Assembly (NCBI GenBank): GCA_963724765.1 | Contig: CAVRVY010000001.1 | Span: forward strand, 1,248,001-1,312,000 | DNA: 64,000 nucleotides | DNA from: an uncultured delta proteobacterium | GTDB lineage: Bacteria; Desulfobacterota; Binatia; Binatales; Binataceae | Direction: 5' to 3' | In this document: positions 37,611 through 49,020 of the stretch, piece by piece | Position numbering within the stretch: position 1 is the stretch's first letter | Layout of the letters: every line of letters starts with the position of its first letter | Translations under genes and position numbers: made by a program | Notes under the pieces: generated by a model | What the model saw: only the letters and a program-made list of their open reading frames with translations | Told to the model about the DNA's origin: nothing | The model's database searches: none

Positions 37611-38498
37611 TCATTGAAGGGCGCGATACCAGTCGGCGATCGCCGTCCCAATCTCGTGCGGCGAATCCTCCTGGATAAAATGGATGCCTTTGACGGTGAC
37701 CTCGCGCTGATTGGGCCAGCGCCGGCAAAACTCGCGCTGCGGGCCAATCAGGATCGCGCCCGGCTCGGCGTTAATGAAAAGCTTAGGCACAGGGTTCTGC
37801 GAGAGCCACGCGGCGTATTCGTTGACGAGTGCGGTCACGTCGGCCGGTTCGCCGTCGAGCGGAATTTGCCGCGGCCAGGTGAGCATCGGGCGGCGCGACT
37901 CGCCCGGCGCAAGGAAGGGACGGCGATACGCCTCCATCTCGGCGTCCGTGAGCTTCCGCATCACGCTGCCGGGCAGGATGCGCTCGACAAAAGTGTTGCG
38001 CTGCAGGATGAGGTCCTCGCCGGCCGGCGAACGCATCGCCTGGAACAGCGGTCGCGCCTGCTGATTAAACTCGCTCCACTTAAGCGGCCGCACGATCGCT
38101 TCCATGTAGACGATTCCCTTGACCACGGAAGGATTGCGCCTCGCCCAATGAAAACCCAGCGCTGATCCCCAATCGTGGATCACCAGCGTCACTTTCCGCT
38201 GTGCAAGGCCGAGCGCCGCGAACCACGCGTCGAGGTAGCGGATATGGTCCGCCAGCCGGTACGAGCCGTCGGGCGCCTTGCCCGAATCACCCATCCCGGC
38301 CAGGTCCGGCGCGAGGCATCGCGCATGCGGCGTCAGGTGCGGGATTATGTTGCGCCACAGGTAGGACGAGGTCGGATTGCCGTGCAGAAAGACGATCGGG
38401 TCGCCCAGGCCTACGTCGACGTAGGCCATCTCGACGCCTGCGGCATCGAGCCGCTTGCGCGGATTGGGATCGGCGGGCGAGATTGACGCGTCGCTCAT
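37611..38498 (-). CDS. haloalkane dehalogenase (LinB/DhaA type)
   Basis: HGNPTSSYLWRN, nucleophile elbow IHDWGS, YMEAIV, TWPRQIP, GIHFIQEDSP. Confidence 0.9.
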   Translation of the reverse strand: MSDASISPADPNPRKRLDAAGVEMAYVDVGLGDPIVFLHGNPTSSYLWRNIIPHLTPHARCLAPDLAGMGDSGKAPDGSYRLADHIRYLDAWFAALGLAQRKVTLVIHDWGSALGFHWARRNPSVVKGIVYMEAIVRPLKWSEFNQQARPLFQAMRSPAGEDLILQRNTFVERILPGSVMRKLTDAEMEAYRRPFLAPGESRRPMLTWPRQIPLDGEPADVTALVNEYAAWLSQNPVPKLFINAEPGAILIGPQREFCRRWPNQREVTVKGIHFIQEDSPHEIGTAIADWYRALQ

Positions 38499-38666
38499 GT
38501 CGTAGTTCCTCGGCTGTCTTCTGATGGTCGGCATCTTCGAGAGATACGATCCCGGCCGCGCGCCGCGCAAGGCGTCGCGCACACGCGAATCACGCGATTA
38601 AGCTTGCCTCGTAGGGGCGCGCGGTTGCACAATTGTCGCTTCACGAGCAGTGGAGGGCGACTACCG

Positions 38667-40283
38667 ATGGCCGAGCAGCGCAAGCGCAGCTTCTGGGGAT
38701 GGGGTTACGAGGATCAGCAGCCGAACGCGGAGCAGCTAAAACATCTCGCTGAGCGGATGGCGAAGCGGTTCGGGCTGGCGCCGCTAACGATCACGCCGCC
38801 GCCGCGCGAAGACGAACTCAAGCTGCGCGCGCCTCGGATAAAGCCGCCCGACGCGCTCGCCGCCATCTGTTCGACCAGCACCTATGACCGCGCAGGCCAC
38901 AGTTACGGACGCAGCTATCGCGACGTGGTCCGCGCGTACCGCCGCTTCTACCCCAATCCGTTCGACGCCGTGGCTTTTCCGCACGATGAGGCCGAGCTTA
39001 CCCGCGTGCTCGAATGGTGCGACAAAGAGCGTATCGCGGCGACGCCTTACGGCGGCGGCTCGAGCGTGGTGGGCGGAGTTGAACCGCCCGCGGATGGCGA
39101 CTGGCGCGGAGCGGTGTCGATCGACCTGACCCGGCTGGACCGCGTGCTCGAAGTCGACCGCGCCTCGCGCGCGGCGCGCATTCAAGGCGGCGTGCTCGGC
39201 CCCTCGCTCGAGGACCAGTTGCGCCCGCATAATTACACCTTGCGCCATTACCCGCAGTCTTTCGAATTTTCATCGCTCGGCGGATGGATCGCGACGCGAT
39301 CGGGCGGCCATTTCGCGACGCTTTACACTCATATAGACGATTTCGTGGAGTCGCTTCGCGTCCTCACGCCGACCGGGATCGTCGAGTCGTGCCGCCTGCC
39401 CGGTTCGGGCGCAGGGCCGAGTCCCGACCGCATGTTCATCGGATCGGAAGGCATCCTCGGCATCATCACGGAGGCCTGGATGCGCCTGCAGGACCGGCCG
39501 AAGTTCCGCGCCGGAGCCTCGGTCGCGTTTCCCGATTTTGTCGCCGGGGCCAATGCGGTTCGCGCAGTCGCGCAGGCCGGTCTGTATCCGGCCAACTGCC
39601 GCCTGCTCGATGCGGGCGAGGCGGCCAGCGCCGGCGCCAACCAGGGCGAGGCCGCCGTGCTGGTGCTGGCCTTTGAGTCGGCCGACCATGAGTTGGAGCC
39701 GTGGATGAAGCGCGCACTCGAAATCTGCGCCGAGCTTGGGGGAAAGATTCCCGAGGGCGCGGGCCGCACTCGCACCGACGCCGAGGCCACCCACGAGGGC
39801 GCGGCCGGCGCGTGGCGCGAGGCGTTCATCAAGGCTCCGTACCTGCGCAACTCGCTGGCTGCGATGGGAATCGTGAACGACACGTTCGAGACCGCGATCA
39901 CCTGGGACCGCTTTCCCAGCTATCACGCGCAACTGATGGAGACCGGGACCGACGCGATCCGGCGCATCTGCGGCAAGGGCACGATGACCTGCCGTTTCAC
40001 CCACGCCTATCCGGACGGGCCCGCGCCGTACTACACGATCCTCGCGCCGGGCAAACGGGGATCCGAAATGGAGCAGTGGGACGAAATCAAGGAGGCAGTG
40101 TCGGAAGTGATCGTGAAGTTCGGCGGCACGATCACGCATCATCATTCGGTCGGCCGCGACCATCGCCCGTGGTACGATCGCCAGCGGCCCGAGGGGTTCG
40201 CGCGGGCTCTGAAAGCGGCCAAGCGCGCGCTCGACCCGCACGCAATTCTCAATCCGGGGGTGCTGATCGATCCTGAACGCTAG
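38667..40283 (+). CDS. FAD-binding oxidoreductase (alkyl-DHAP synthase-like)
   Basis: PYGGGSSVVGG, HYPQSFEFSSLGGW, GSEGILGII, ITHHHSVG, ILNPGVL. Confidence 0.85.
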   Translation: MAEQRKRSFWGWGYEDQQPNAEQLKHLAERMAKRFGLAPLTITPPPREDELKLRAPRIKPPDALAAICSTSTYDRAGHSYGRSYRDVVRAYRRFYPNPFDAVAFPHDEAELTRVLEWCDKERIAATPYGGGSSVVGGVEPPADGDWRGAVSIDLTRLDRVLEVDRASRAARIQGGVLGPSLEDQLRPHNYTLRHYPQSFEFSSLGGWIATRSGGHFATLYTHIDDFVESLRVLTPTGIVESCRLPGSGAGPSPDRMFIGSEGILGIITEAWMRLQDRPKFRAGASVAFPDFVAGANAVRAVAQAGLYPANCRLLDAGEAASAGANQGEAAVLVLAFESADHELEPWMKRALEICAELGGKIPEGAGRTRTDAEATHEGAAGAWREAFIKAPYLRNSLAAMGIVNDTFETAITWDRFPSYHAQLMETGTDAIRRICGKGTMTCRFTHAYPDGPAPYYTILAPGKRGSEMEQWDEIKEAVSEVIVKFGGTITHHHSVGRDHRPWYDRQRPEGFARALKAAKRALDPHAILNPGVLIDPER

Positions 40284-40323
40284 CGCGCACAGGCTGCAGC
40301 GATAACGCGCGGGAGCCGTGCGC

Positions 40324-40632
40324 TCAATCGTCGTCGAGGCCGAGCGTCTTGCGCGCCGCCAGGCTCATCATGTGTGGCGTCCACGGCGGATCCCACACCA
40401 TCTCGACGTTGGCCTCTTCGCAGCCGGGGATGCCGAGCAGCTTGTCCTGGATCTCGCTCGCGATCATCGCGCCCATCGAGCAGCCCGGCGCCGTCAGCGT
40501 CATCTCGACCGTGATCGCGCCGCCTTTGACATCGACGTGGTAGACCAGTCCCAGGTCAACGATGTTGACCGGCATTTCGGGGTCGTAGCACTCGCGCAGG
40601 ACTTCGTAGACTTCTTCTTCGCTGTACATCAT
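40324..40632 (-). CDS. DUF59/SufT-like Fe-S cluster assembly factor
   Basis: DPEMPVNIVDLGLVY, MTLTAPGC, VWDPPWTP.MMS. Confidence 0.88.
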   Translation of the reverse strand: MMYSEEEVYEVLRECYDPEMPVNIVDLGLVYHVDVKGGAITVEMTLTAPGCSMGAMIASEIQDKLLGIPGCEEANVEMVWDPPWTPHMMSLAARKTLGLDDD

Positions 40633-40774
40633 TTCGGCTCGCATCCCAGCCGCGGCGCCTGCCACCGCGATTTCACGGGCACGGAGCGCTAATATCTGTA
40701 GTATATAGGAGCGCTGCGGACGGCAAGAACGGCTGTGCGCGTTCGGCAGCCGCAATCAAGCACGGAGGTTCAGG

Positions 40775-41122
40775 ATGCCCGACAAGGAGGAGCTTTACGA
40801 TTCCGCGATCGACCTTTACGCCGATGGCAAGTACGACGACGCGATCGAACTATACGCGAGCGCACTCGCACAGGACCCGCGCTACACCGACGCTTTGCAC
40901 GGGATGGTCATGTGCTACCAGGCCAAGGGCGACCTAGACACCGCGATCGATCTGACCAAAAAATATATCGCGCAGGAGCCCGAGGACATCCTCGCGTTTA
41001 CCAACCTCAGCATGTTCTACCAGAAGAAGGGGATGATAAAGGAAGCCGAGGAGGCGGGAGCCGAAGCGCGGCGGCTGGACTGGAAGCGCCAGCTCAAGGA
41101 AGGCGTGGCGGGAAAGAAGTGA
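40775..41122 (+). CDS. tetratricopeptide repeat protein
   Basis: GGAGG RBS; helical TPR-type repeats (YDDAIELY..AL..DP, AFTNLSMFY). Confidence 0.82.
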   Translation: MPDKEELYDSAIDLYADGKYDDAIELYASALAQDPRYTDALHGMVMCYQAKGDLDTAIDLTKKYIAQEPEDILAFTNLSMFYQKKGMIKEAEEAGAEARRLDWKRQLKEGVAGKK

Positions 41123-41141
41123 AGGTGATGCGGAGGCGGCG

Positions 41142-41595
41142 ATGAAGCTCAAAGACAAGACAGTGCTGATAACTGGCGCGGGATCGGGGCTGGGGCGCGA
41201 GATGGCGCTGTTGTTCACGCGCGAGGGCGCTCAAGGTGATGATCGCGAATAAATCCGGACGGATCATTAACCCGGGCTCGATCGTCGGCCTGACCGGCAT
41301 CGAGATGGCCGACTACGGCGCGGCCAAGGGCGGAATAATTTCGTTCACCAAGTGCGTCGCGCGCGAGGTCGTCCGCCACGGCATCCTGGTCAACTGCATC
41401 GCGCCCGGCTTCATCGGAACGCCGATGAGCGCGTCGCTGGCCCCCGAGGTGCGCCGGACGGCGATCGCGCGGACACCGATCCGGCGCTTCGGCGAGCCGC
41501 GTGACATCGCGGCCGCGGCGCTGTACCTGGCCTGCGAGGATTCGTCGTTCATGGTCGGTCAGGTGATCAGCCCCAACGGCGGCTACGTGATGTGA
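41142..41595 (+). pseudogene. SDR (FabG-like) oxidoreductase with internal deletion and frameshift
   Basis: MKLKDKTVLITGAGSGLG... ends at TAA 41250-52; a different frame carries GRIIN.GS, YGAAKGG, VNCIAPG, GQVISPNGG; the NNAG region is absent. Confidence 0.85.
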
Positions 41596-41637
41596 GACAG
41601 CCTTTCTGAATATCTTCCTGAATGTCTCGTCTGAGTA

Positions 41638-43188
41638 ATGAACCCGCGACCCGCCATTGAGCGCATCGCCGGCGTGATGGTGCCGTTGTTTTCGCTGCGC
41701 ACGCGCGCGGACGCGGGAATCGGCGACATCGCGGCGCTCCGTGCGATGATTGACCTCGCCAACGCGATGGGCGATCGCGGGATCTTGCTTCTGCCGCTCG
41801 ATGAAACCTCGCCTGGCGAGGCCAGCCCCTACAGTGCGCTCAGCGTGTTCGCGATCGATCCAATTTATATCGGGCTCGACGGACTCGCGGGTGTTGATCC
41901 GCCGCAGGTGGAGCGCGTGCGCCGCATGCTCGTGGACGTGCCGCTTAGCGATCGCCTGACGATTCGCGCCGCCCGCCTCGGTCTGCTCGAGACCGCCTTC
42001 GCTCATTTCACGGCGCACGATGACGAGCGCGCCGCCGTGACGGAGTTCACCGCGCGTCATCGCGAATGGCTGAACGATTACGCGCTGTTCCGCGCGCTCA
42101 AGGATCGTTTCGATTTTGCCGTATGGGAGCGGTGGCCCGACGAACTGCGCCGGCGCGAGCCCGAAGCGCTCGCTCGCGCGAAGGCCGAACTCGCGCCGGC
42201 GATCGACAAGTACATGTACTGGCAATTCCTGGCGCATCGCCAATGGGCGGAGGTTCGCGCCTACGGCCGTAAGCGCGGCGTGACGCTGGGCGGCGATCTC
42301 GCCTTTTCGCCCGCGCGCGACAGCGCCGAAGTATGGGCCAACCAGGATCTGTTCGATCTCGAACGCACGGTTGGCGCGCCGCCCGACGACTTCAATCCGC
42401 AGGGCCAGCGCTGGGGTCTGCCGGCGCCGCGATGGGAACGGGTTCGCGCGGACGGATTCCCGCTGCTGAGAAAGCGCATCCGCCACGCCTGCGAGCTTTA
42501 CGATTTCATCCGCGTCGATCATGTGGTCGGACAGTATCGCACCTTTTCATTCGGCCTCGTCCCAGGGGCCGAGGGCGGCTTCTGGCCGGTGGCCGAGCGA
42601 GATCAGCGGGCGCAGGGCGAAGCGGTGCTCGGCGCGATACTGGAGGAGGCGGGCGCGACAATCGTTATCGCCGAAGACCTCGGCGTAATACCGCCTTTCG
42701 TACGCGCCTCGCTAAGCGCGTTGGGCGTACCGGGTTACAAGGTGATGCGCTGGGAGAAAGTCGGCAAGGGCACTACGGCACGAGCATTCGTTGCGCCGGC
42801 GGATTATCCCGAGCTTTCGCTCGCCACCACCGGCACGCATGACACCGATACGCTGGCCGAGTGGTGGGAGGCGGCGCCGGCGGACGAACGCGCGCAAATG
42901 CTTTCACTGCTGGCGCTCGCGCCGGCGTCCCCAGGCGACCCGGAGATCGCGTTTGACGCCGTGCGCGACGCGATGCTGGCGGCGCTGTACGCGGCCCCGT
43001 CGCGGATAGTGATGATTCCTATTCAGGATCTCTTTGGATGGCGTGAGCGGATCAATTTCCCCGGCACCGTCGGGCCCGCAAACTGGTCGTGGCGTTTGCC
43101 GCTCGCGATCGAGGACATCGTACACGATCCAGTGCTGGCGGCACGCCTGACGCAACTCCGTGAAATGGCCATGCGGGCCGGCAGATAA
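41638..43188 (+). CDS. malQ: 4-alpha-glucanotransferase (GH77)
   Basis: SPYS, GAPPDDFNPQGQRWG, RVDHVVG, IAEDLG, TGTHD, RINFPGT...NWSWR. Confidence 0.92.
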   Translation: MNPRPAIERIAGVMVPLFSLRTRADAGIGDIAALRAMIDLANAMGDRGILLLPLDETSPGEASPYSALSVFAIDPIYIGLDGLAGVDPPQVERVRRMLVDVPLSDRLTIRAARLGLLETAFAHFTAHDDERAAVTEFTARHREWLNDYALFRALKDRFDFAVWERWPDELRRREPEALARAKAELAPAIDKYMYWQFLAHRQWAEVRAYGRKRGVTLGGDLAFSPARDSAEVWANQDLFDLERTVGAPPDDFNPQGQRWGLPAPRWERVRADGFPLLRKRIRHACELYDFIRVDHVVGQYRTFSFGLVPGAEGGFWPVAERDQRAQGEAVLGAILEEAGATIVIAEDLGVIPPFVRASLSALGVPGYKVMRWEKVGKGTTARAFVAPADYPELSLATTGTHDTDTLAEWWEAAPADERAQMLSLLALAPASPGDPEIAFDAVRDAMLAALYAAPSRIVMIPIQDLFGWRERINFPGTVGPANWSWRLPLAIEDIVHDPVLAARLTQLREMAMRAGR

Positions 43189-43318
43189 GCTACTCCAAAC
43201 CATCTTAGGCCGTGCCACGACGCCTGATTGCGTCTCTTGCCTGCGTAACGTAATGATCGTCGGGTTAGCCGCTCAGAGCCGAAGGGGGGCTGCGTGTCGT
43301 CAGCGCATCGGCAAATGG

Positions 43319-44701
43319 GTGAAATCGGAAAGGGGGGATCGAGCCGTCGTATCGACTGATCATAGAATCTCCGATTCCGTGACGCCGCAACGGAGCTTGC
43401 TGGTTCGCGCCGCGATGCTGGTCCCGTTGTGGGCGGCGGTCGTAGTCGGCGTCGTGATATTGATCGCCGCACTGCCCGGGCGCGCCAACAAATGGGATTA
43501 CAGCATCTACTATAGTTCGGCGCTGGCGATGCGCCAGGGAATGAATCCCTATACCAGTGACCTGACGCCGCTCGCGCGATCGGCCGGGTTCGAGTTGGAC
43601 AAGATCAATCACGCGACCGATCCGCCGACCTTCGTGATGTGCTTCGAGCCGCTGACGCTGTTGGCGCCGCGGCCCGGATTTTATGTCTGGACGGCAATCA
43701 ATGCTGCCTCGTTCCTGCTTGCGCTCATCCTGCTTTTTCGATGGACCCCGGGTCTCGGTCGCGATGCCGCGTTGGCGATCGCGGCCTTGACGATTCTGTT
43801 TCCGCCCGTGGCCGATCATTTGATCTGGGGCCAGAACAAGATGCTGGTCCTTCTGATGTTCGTGCTGATGCTGCGATGGATGGAGCGCGGGAAGGACGCC
43901 GCGGCCGGCCTGATCCTCGCGTTCGCAAGCCTGCTGCGCGCCTTTCCGCTTATGCTCGTCGGCTACCTGATCCTGATGAAACGGTGGCGCGTCGTTGCGT
44001 ATACGATGGTCGGACTCGCCGTCGGAGGATTGCTCACGCTCGCGCTGGCGGGCGTAGGCAATACACTGAGCTTCGTCCTCGCGCCGACTTACCTGACCGA
44101 GCAATGGAGAGAGGCGCTGCCGGGAAATATCGCTCTGAGCCCGACGGTGGCGCGGATGTTCTGGTACTTCTTCGGCCTCCATCTCGGAACGACACTTCAA
44201 TGGGCTACGAAAGCCACGTCGCTGGCAGCCGAATTGGCACTGCTTTGCTTCACGGTCAAAGCCACCGTGTCGAGGCCCCGGGATGACGATCCCGACGGCC
44301 GCCTGTTCGTGCTCTGGATCATGACCGCGATCCTCGTCTCGCCGACGTCGTGGTTTTATTATCTGGTGCTGCTGGCGATTCCGATGGTGAGGCTGAGCGC
44401 TGCGGCGTCTAACGAGCGGACAAGCCGGCGCGCGCTGTGGGCCGGGGTCGCGTGTTACACGCTCGCATGGCTCTATTTCGCTGCGGTCGATATGCACTCG
44501 CAACAACTCGCACTGCATCCGAACACGCTGGTGTGGCGCGTTGGAGCTTCGCCGGTGGGACTGCTCGCCTATCTCTCACTCTACTGGTTCGCCACTGACT
44601 CGGCTGCAGCCGATCAACCGGCGCGGGGAGCGGCTTCGCAAGCCTCGCAAGCTTCGCAGTCTTCGATAGATGAGGCGCAACAAGCCCGCACCGCGGTCTG
44701 A
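43319..44701 (+). CDS. GT87/DUF2029-type (GT-C) membrane glycosyltransferase
   Basis: WDYSIYY...GMNPY, DPPTF..F.PL, WGQ, SPTSW.YY; many TM helices; start codon uncertain. Confidence 0.8.
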   Translation: MKSERGDRAVVSTDHRISDSVTPQRSLLVRAAMLVPLWAAVVVGVVILIAALPGRANKWDYSIYYSSALAMRQGMNPYTSDLTPLARSAGFELDKINHATDPPTFVMCFEPLTLLAPRPGFYVWTAINAASFLLALILLFRWTPGLGRDAALAIAALTILFPPVADHLIWGQNKMLVLLMFVLMLRWMERGKDAAAGLILAFASLLRAFPLMLVGYLILMKRWRVVAYTMVGLAVGGLLTLALAGVGNTLSFVLAPTYLTEQWREALPGNIALSPTVARMFWYFFGLHLGTTLQWATKATSLAAELALLCFTVKATVSRPRDDDPDGRLFVLWIMTAILVSPTSWFYYLVLLAIPMVRLSAAASNERTSRRALWAGVACYTLAWLYFAAVDMHSQQLALHPNTLVWRVGASPVGLLAYLSLYWFATDSAAADQPARGAASQASQASQSSIDEAQQARTAV

Positions 44702-44885
44702 CGATCGCATCGACTCAAAGTTCCGGATCGCATTGCCAGCCGGTTGATGACATGGTAACCGGGACCGGTCGCGGCGGGTAAGGCCGGACTCGAAGCCGGA
44801 ATCTTCCGGGTTGGCACAACAAGCGCAGCAGCCGCGCGCGCGGGCGCGGCAGCAGCGGTGGGGGAAGCGGACACGCACGGGTAAC

Positions 44886-46373
44886 ATGGAGGCGATACGG
44901 CAAGACTCAGTGGTTGAGAGCGATCGCGCGGCGCTGCGCGCGAGCGATGGCGAAGCATTGGCGGCTGCGCGTTATCGCGCGGAGCGGATCAGGTTCTGGA
45001 ACGGCTACGTTCGCAAACCTGCAAGTGCCGGCTATTATCGGCGGCTTGCGGAGGTTTACCGCTACCTCGTTCCGCCGCGAAGCCGGGTACTGGAACTTGG
45101 ATGCGGTACGGGCGATCTGCTGGCGGCGCTGGAGCCGTCGATGGGCGTCGGCGTTGATTTTGCGCCGGAACTGCTCAAGCAGGCCGCGCAGAGCCATCCG
45201 CAGCTCCGTTTCATACAAGGCGATGTTGATCAGCTTAGCCTAAATACCAAGTTTGACTACGTGATCCTCTCCGACCTGATCAACGATCTGTGGGATGTGC
45301 AGAAAGCGATCGAGCGGATCGCGTCGGTATGCACGCCGGCGACTCGCGTGATCATCAACAGCTACAGCCGGCTGTGGGAGTTGCCGCTGCGGATGGCCGC
45401 GCGCATGAAGCTCGCCAATCCGGCCCTGACCCAGAACTGGTTGACGCTGGCGGACCTCGACAACATGCTCGCGCTCAGCGGTTTCGAGGTTGTCCGCCAG
45501 TGGCAGGAGGTGCTATTTCCGCCCGCACTGCCGCTGCTTGCGCCGCTGTGCAATCGCTACGTGGTGAAACTTTGGCCGTTTCGGCATTTGGCGTTCACCA
45601 ACTTCATCGTTGCCCGCCTTGGGCCTGATGCCGGAACCGAGGCGCGCGGCCCCGAGCCCGTGGTAAGCGTAATCGTGCCGGCCCGCAATGAGGCCGGCAA
45701 CATCGAGAACGTCGTGCAGCGCGTGCCCGAAATGGGCGCCGGCACCGAGATCGTTTTCGTCGAAGGTCATTCGCGCGACGACACCTACGCCGCGATCGAG
45801 GCGGCCATCGCGCGCCATCCGGAGCGCCGCATGCGGCTGCTGCGGCAAAGCGGCGCGGGCAAGGGCGACGCGGTGCGCCTGGGTTTTGCCGAGGCCGAAG
45901 GCGAGGTGCTGATGATCCTCGATGCCGACCTGACGGTTGCGCCGGAGGATTTGCCACGCTTTTACCGAACGCTGCGTTCGGGCCGCGGCGAATTCATCAA
46001 CGGCGTGCGCTTCGTCTATCCGATGGAGAAGCAGGCGATGCGCTTTCTGAATTTCCTGGGCAACAAGTTTTTCAGCCTCGCCTTCTCGTGGCTGCTCGGC
46101 CAGAACGTAAAGGATACGCTGTGCGGGACCAAGGTGCTGAGCCGCGCCGACTACGATACGATCGCCGCCAACCGCTCCTACTTCGGCGACTTCGATCCTT
46201 TCGGCGACTTCGATCTCATCTTCGGCGCGGCCAAGCTCGACCTCAAACTCGTCGATATGCCAGTGCGCTATCACGAACGAACCTACGGCCAAACCAATAT
46301 CCAGCGTTGGCGGCATGGGCTATTGTTGCTGCGGATGTTCAGTTTCGCGCTGAGGCGGCTGAAATTCGTGTGA
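44886..46373 (+). CDS. class I SAM methyltransferase / GT2 (Dol-P-Man synthase-like) fusion
   Basis: VLELGCGTG; VIVPARNE, GKGDAV, ILDADLT, DTLCGTK. Confidence 0.88.
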   Translation: MEAIRQDSVVESDRAALRASDGEALAAARYRAERIRFWNGYVRKPASAGYYRRLAEVYRYLVPPRSRVLELGCGTGDLLAALEPSMGVGVDFAPELLKQAAQSHPQLRFIQGDVDQLSLNTKFDYVILSDLINDLWDVQKAIERIASVCTPATRVIINSYSRLWELPLRMAARMKLANPALTQNWLTLADLDNMLALSGFEVVRQWQEVLFPPALPLLAPLCNRYVVKLWPFRHLAFTNFIVARLGPDAGTEARGPEPVVSVIVPARNEAGNIENVVQRVPEMGAGTEIVFVEGHSRDDTYAAIEAAIARHPERRMRLLRQSGAGKGDAVRLGFAEAEGEVLMILDADLTVAPEDLPRFYRTLRSGRGEFINGVRFVYPMEKQAMRFLNFLGNKFFSLAFSWLLGQNVKDTLCGTKVLSRADYDTIAANRSYFGDFDPFGDFDLIFGAAKLDLKLVDMPVRYHERTYGQTNIQRWRHGLLLLRMFSFALRRLKFV

Positions 46374-46498
46374 GTTTTTTGCCAGGCCAGACGCTTCAGG
46401 CCCGGGCCGCATTCCTGTAATAGATTTACATCCGTGCTTGACCTTGGACCGGCGGGCGTCGATGCCGGTAAGACTGGTGCGAAGCGGGAGGGCGGTAG

Positions 46499-47491
<993 letters not shown>

Positions 47492-47616
47492 ACGTTCCAC
47501 GGGGCGGGTCCGGCCTGGAGGACGCGCGGCGCCCCGATTGATTGTGATGACGCAGATTGGCCGTCGCGCTCTGTCGGCGCGGTATACGCGCGATGGTGGG
47601 GAATTAGGGAGGTTTG

Positions 47617-48945
47617 ATGGGCGTTGCTGAGCCACACGCGGAGCGCGCGGGGGATTACCGCCGATCCGTTTCGCCTCAGCCCGGCGCGGCGCGGCCCGTA
47701 CTGTCGATCGAAGGAATCCTGGCCGCGATGCGCCATCCGCTGATGGTGGCGTTTCTCTCGCTCGCCGCGCTGATACAAGTCTATAGGCTGGCCGCGGCAC
47801 TCCCCGGTCGAATCCACGAGGAAGACTTCGCCGACTACTACTCGGCCGCCACGATCATGCGGCAGGGCGAGAACCCTTATCGAACTTCTCTCGGTCCGGT
47901 CGGCGCAAGATTCGGTCTGCATAGCAAGAGCCTCAAGCACGACGAGATCATTCCGGAAACCCCCGCCTTTCTACTCTGTCTGAAAGCGCTGGGAGCGCTC
48001 CCGCTGACCCAGGCCTACTGGACCTGGATCGCGATTAACTTTGCGGCGTTGATTGGGTCCTTTTACCTGTTGCTTGGCCCCGCAAGCGGTCTGCGGCCGG
48101 TGGACGCCTGCCTCATGATCGCGCTGGCCTTGATTTATCCACCGCTCATCGATCTTTTCCTGACTGCGCAGAGCCAGGTCCTCGTGATCCTGGGGCTGGC
48201 GCTCAGTGTCCGATGGCTAGCCAGAGGGCGCGACGGCGCAGCCGGGTTGGCGCTGGCGGCGCTGACCCTTATGCGCGGTTATCCGGGTTTGATGGGTCTT
48301 TATCTGCTGCTTACGCGCAAGTGGCGCGGGCTCGTCTTCATGGCTGCGGGTGCTGTGATTGGACTTTTGGCATGCGCGGCGATGATGGGCTGGCGGGCAT
48401 TGGTGGATTTTCCGCTCGGTCTCGCCGCGGCGGGCGGAGATCGCGCACTGTTCAAATTGGCATGGAACACCGCACCCGCATCGTTTGTCTGGCGCCTTTG
48501 CCTGTATCTCAACGGATGGCATCTCGGATCTGCGGGCGATCGCTTCGCACATGCATTAGGGTACGCTGCTGCACTTGCCATTATGGCATTCACCCTGAAG
48601 GCCACGTTCAAGCGCGGGTCCGGTCCCGACCGCGATTGGCGTCTGTTCGCCCTGTGGGTAGTAACGTCGATCGAGGTTCTGCCCGTCTCATGGCTCAACT
48701 ACAACACTTTGTTGTTCGTCCCGTTCGCGTTGATCGCCGCGGCTGGGGTGCGCAAGCGGGCTAGCGAGCGTGCGATATGGGCCGCCATGCTAAGCTACTT
48801 CCTGAGCGTGTTCGCCCTCGGGGGCCTGCTCTTTCTCGACCCGCGCCTCCCGATCGCGTTCGTCGTGCTGGTGGGAGAGAGCAAATCAGTTGCGGTGTTG
48901 GTCGGTTACCTGTCAGCGTATTGGTTCGCCGTCGACGAGACGTAA
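47617..48945 (+). CDS. second GT87/DUF2029-type membrane glycosyltransferase
   Basis: EDFADYY...GENPY, LPVSWLNY; recognisably paralogous to 43319-44701. Confidence 0.8.
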   Translation: MGVAEPHAERAGDYRRSVSPQPGAARPVLSIEGILAAMRHPLMVAFLSLAALIQVYRLAAALPGRIHEEDFADYYSAATIMRQGENPYRTSLGPVGARFGLHSKSLKHDEIIPETPAFLLCLKALGALPLTQAYWTWIAINFAALIGSFYLLLGPASGLRPVDACLMIALALIYPPLIDLFLTAQSQVLVILGLALSVRWLARGRDGAAGLALAALTLMRGYPGLMGLYLLLTRKWRGLVFMAAGAVIGLLACAAMMGWRALVDFPLGLAAAGGDRALFKLAWNTAPASFVWRLCLYLNGWHLGSAGDRFAHALGYAAALAIMAFTLKATFKRGSGPDRDWRLFALWVVTSIEVLPVSWLNYNTLLFVPFALIAAAGVRKRASERAIWAAMLSYFLSVFALGGLLFLDPRLPIAFVVLVGESKSVAVLVGYLSAYWFAVDET

Positions 48946-49020
48946 ATCATTAGTCATTACACGAACACCGCTGGCGCAACGCTTCTCGTTGCAGGGGCGC
49001 TGGTTTTCTCGACCTTCATC

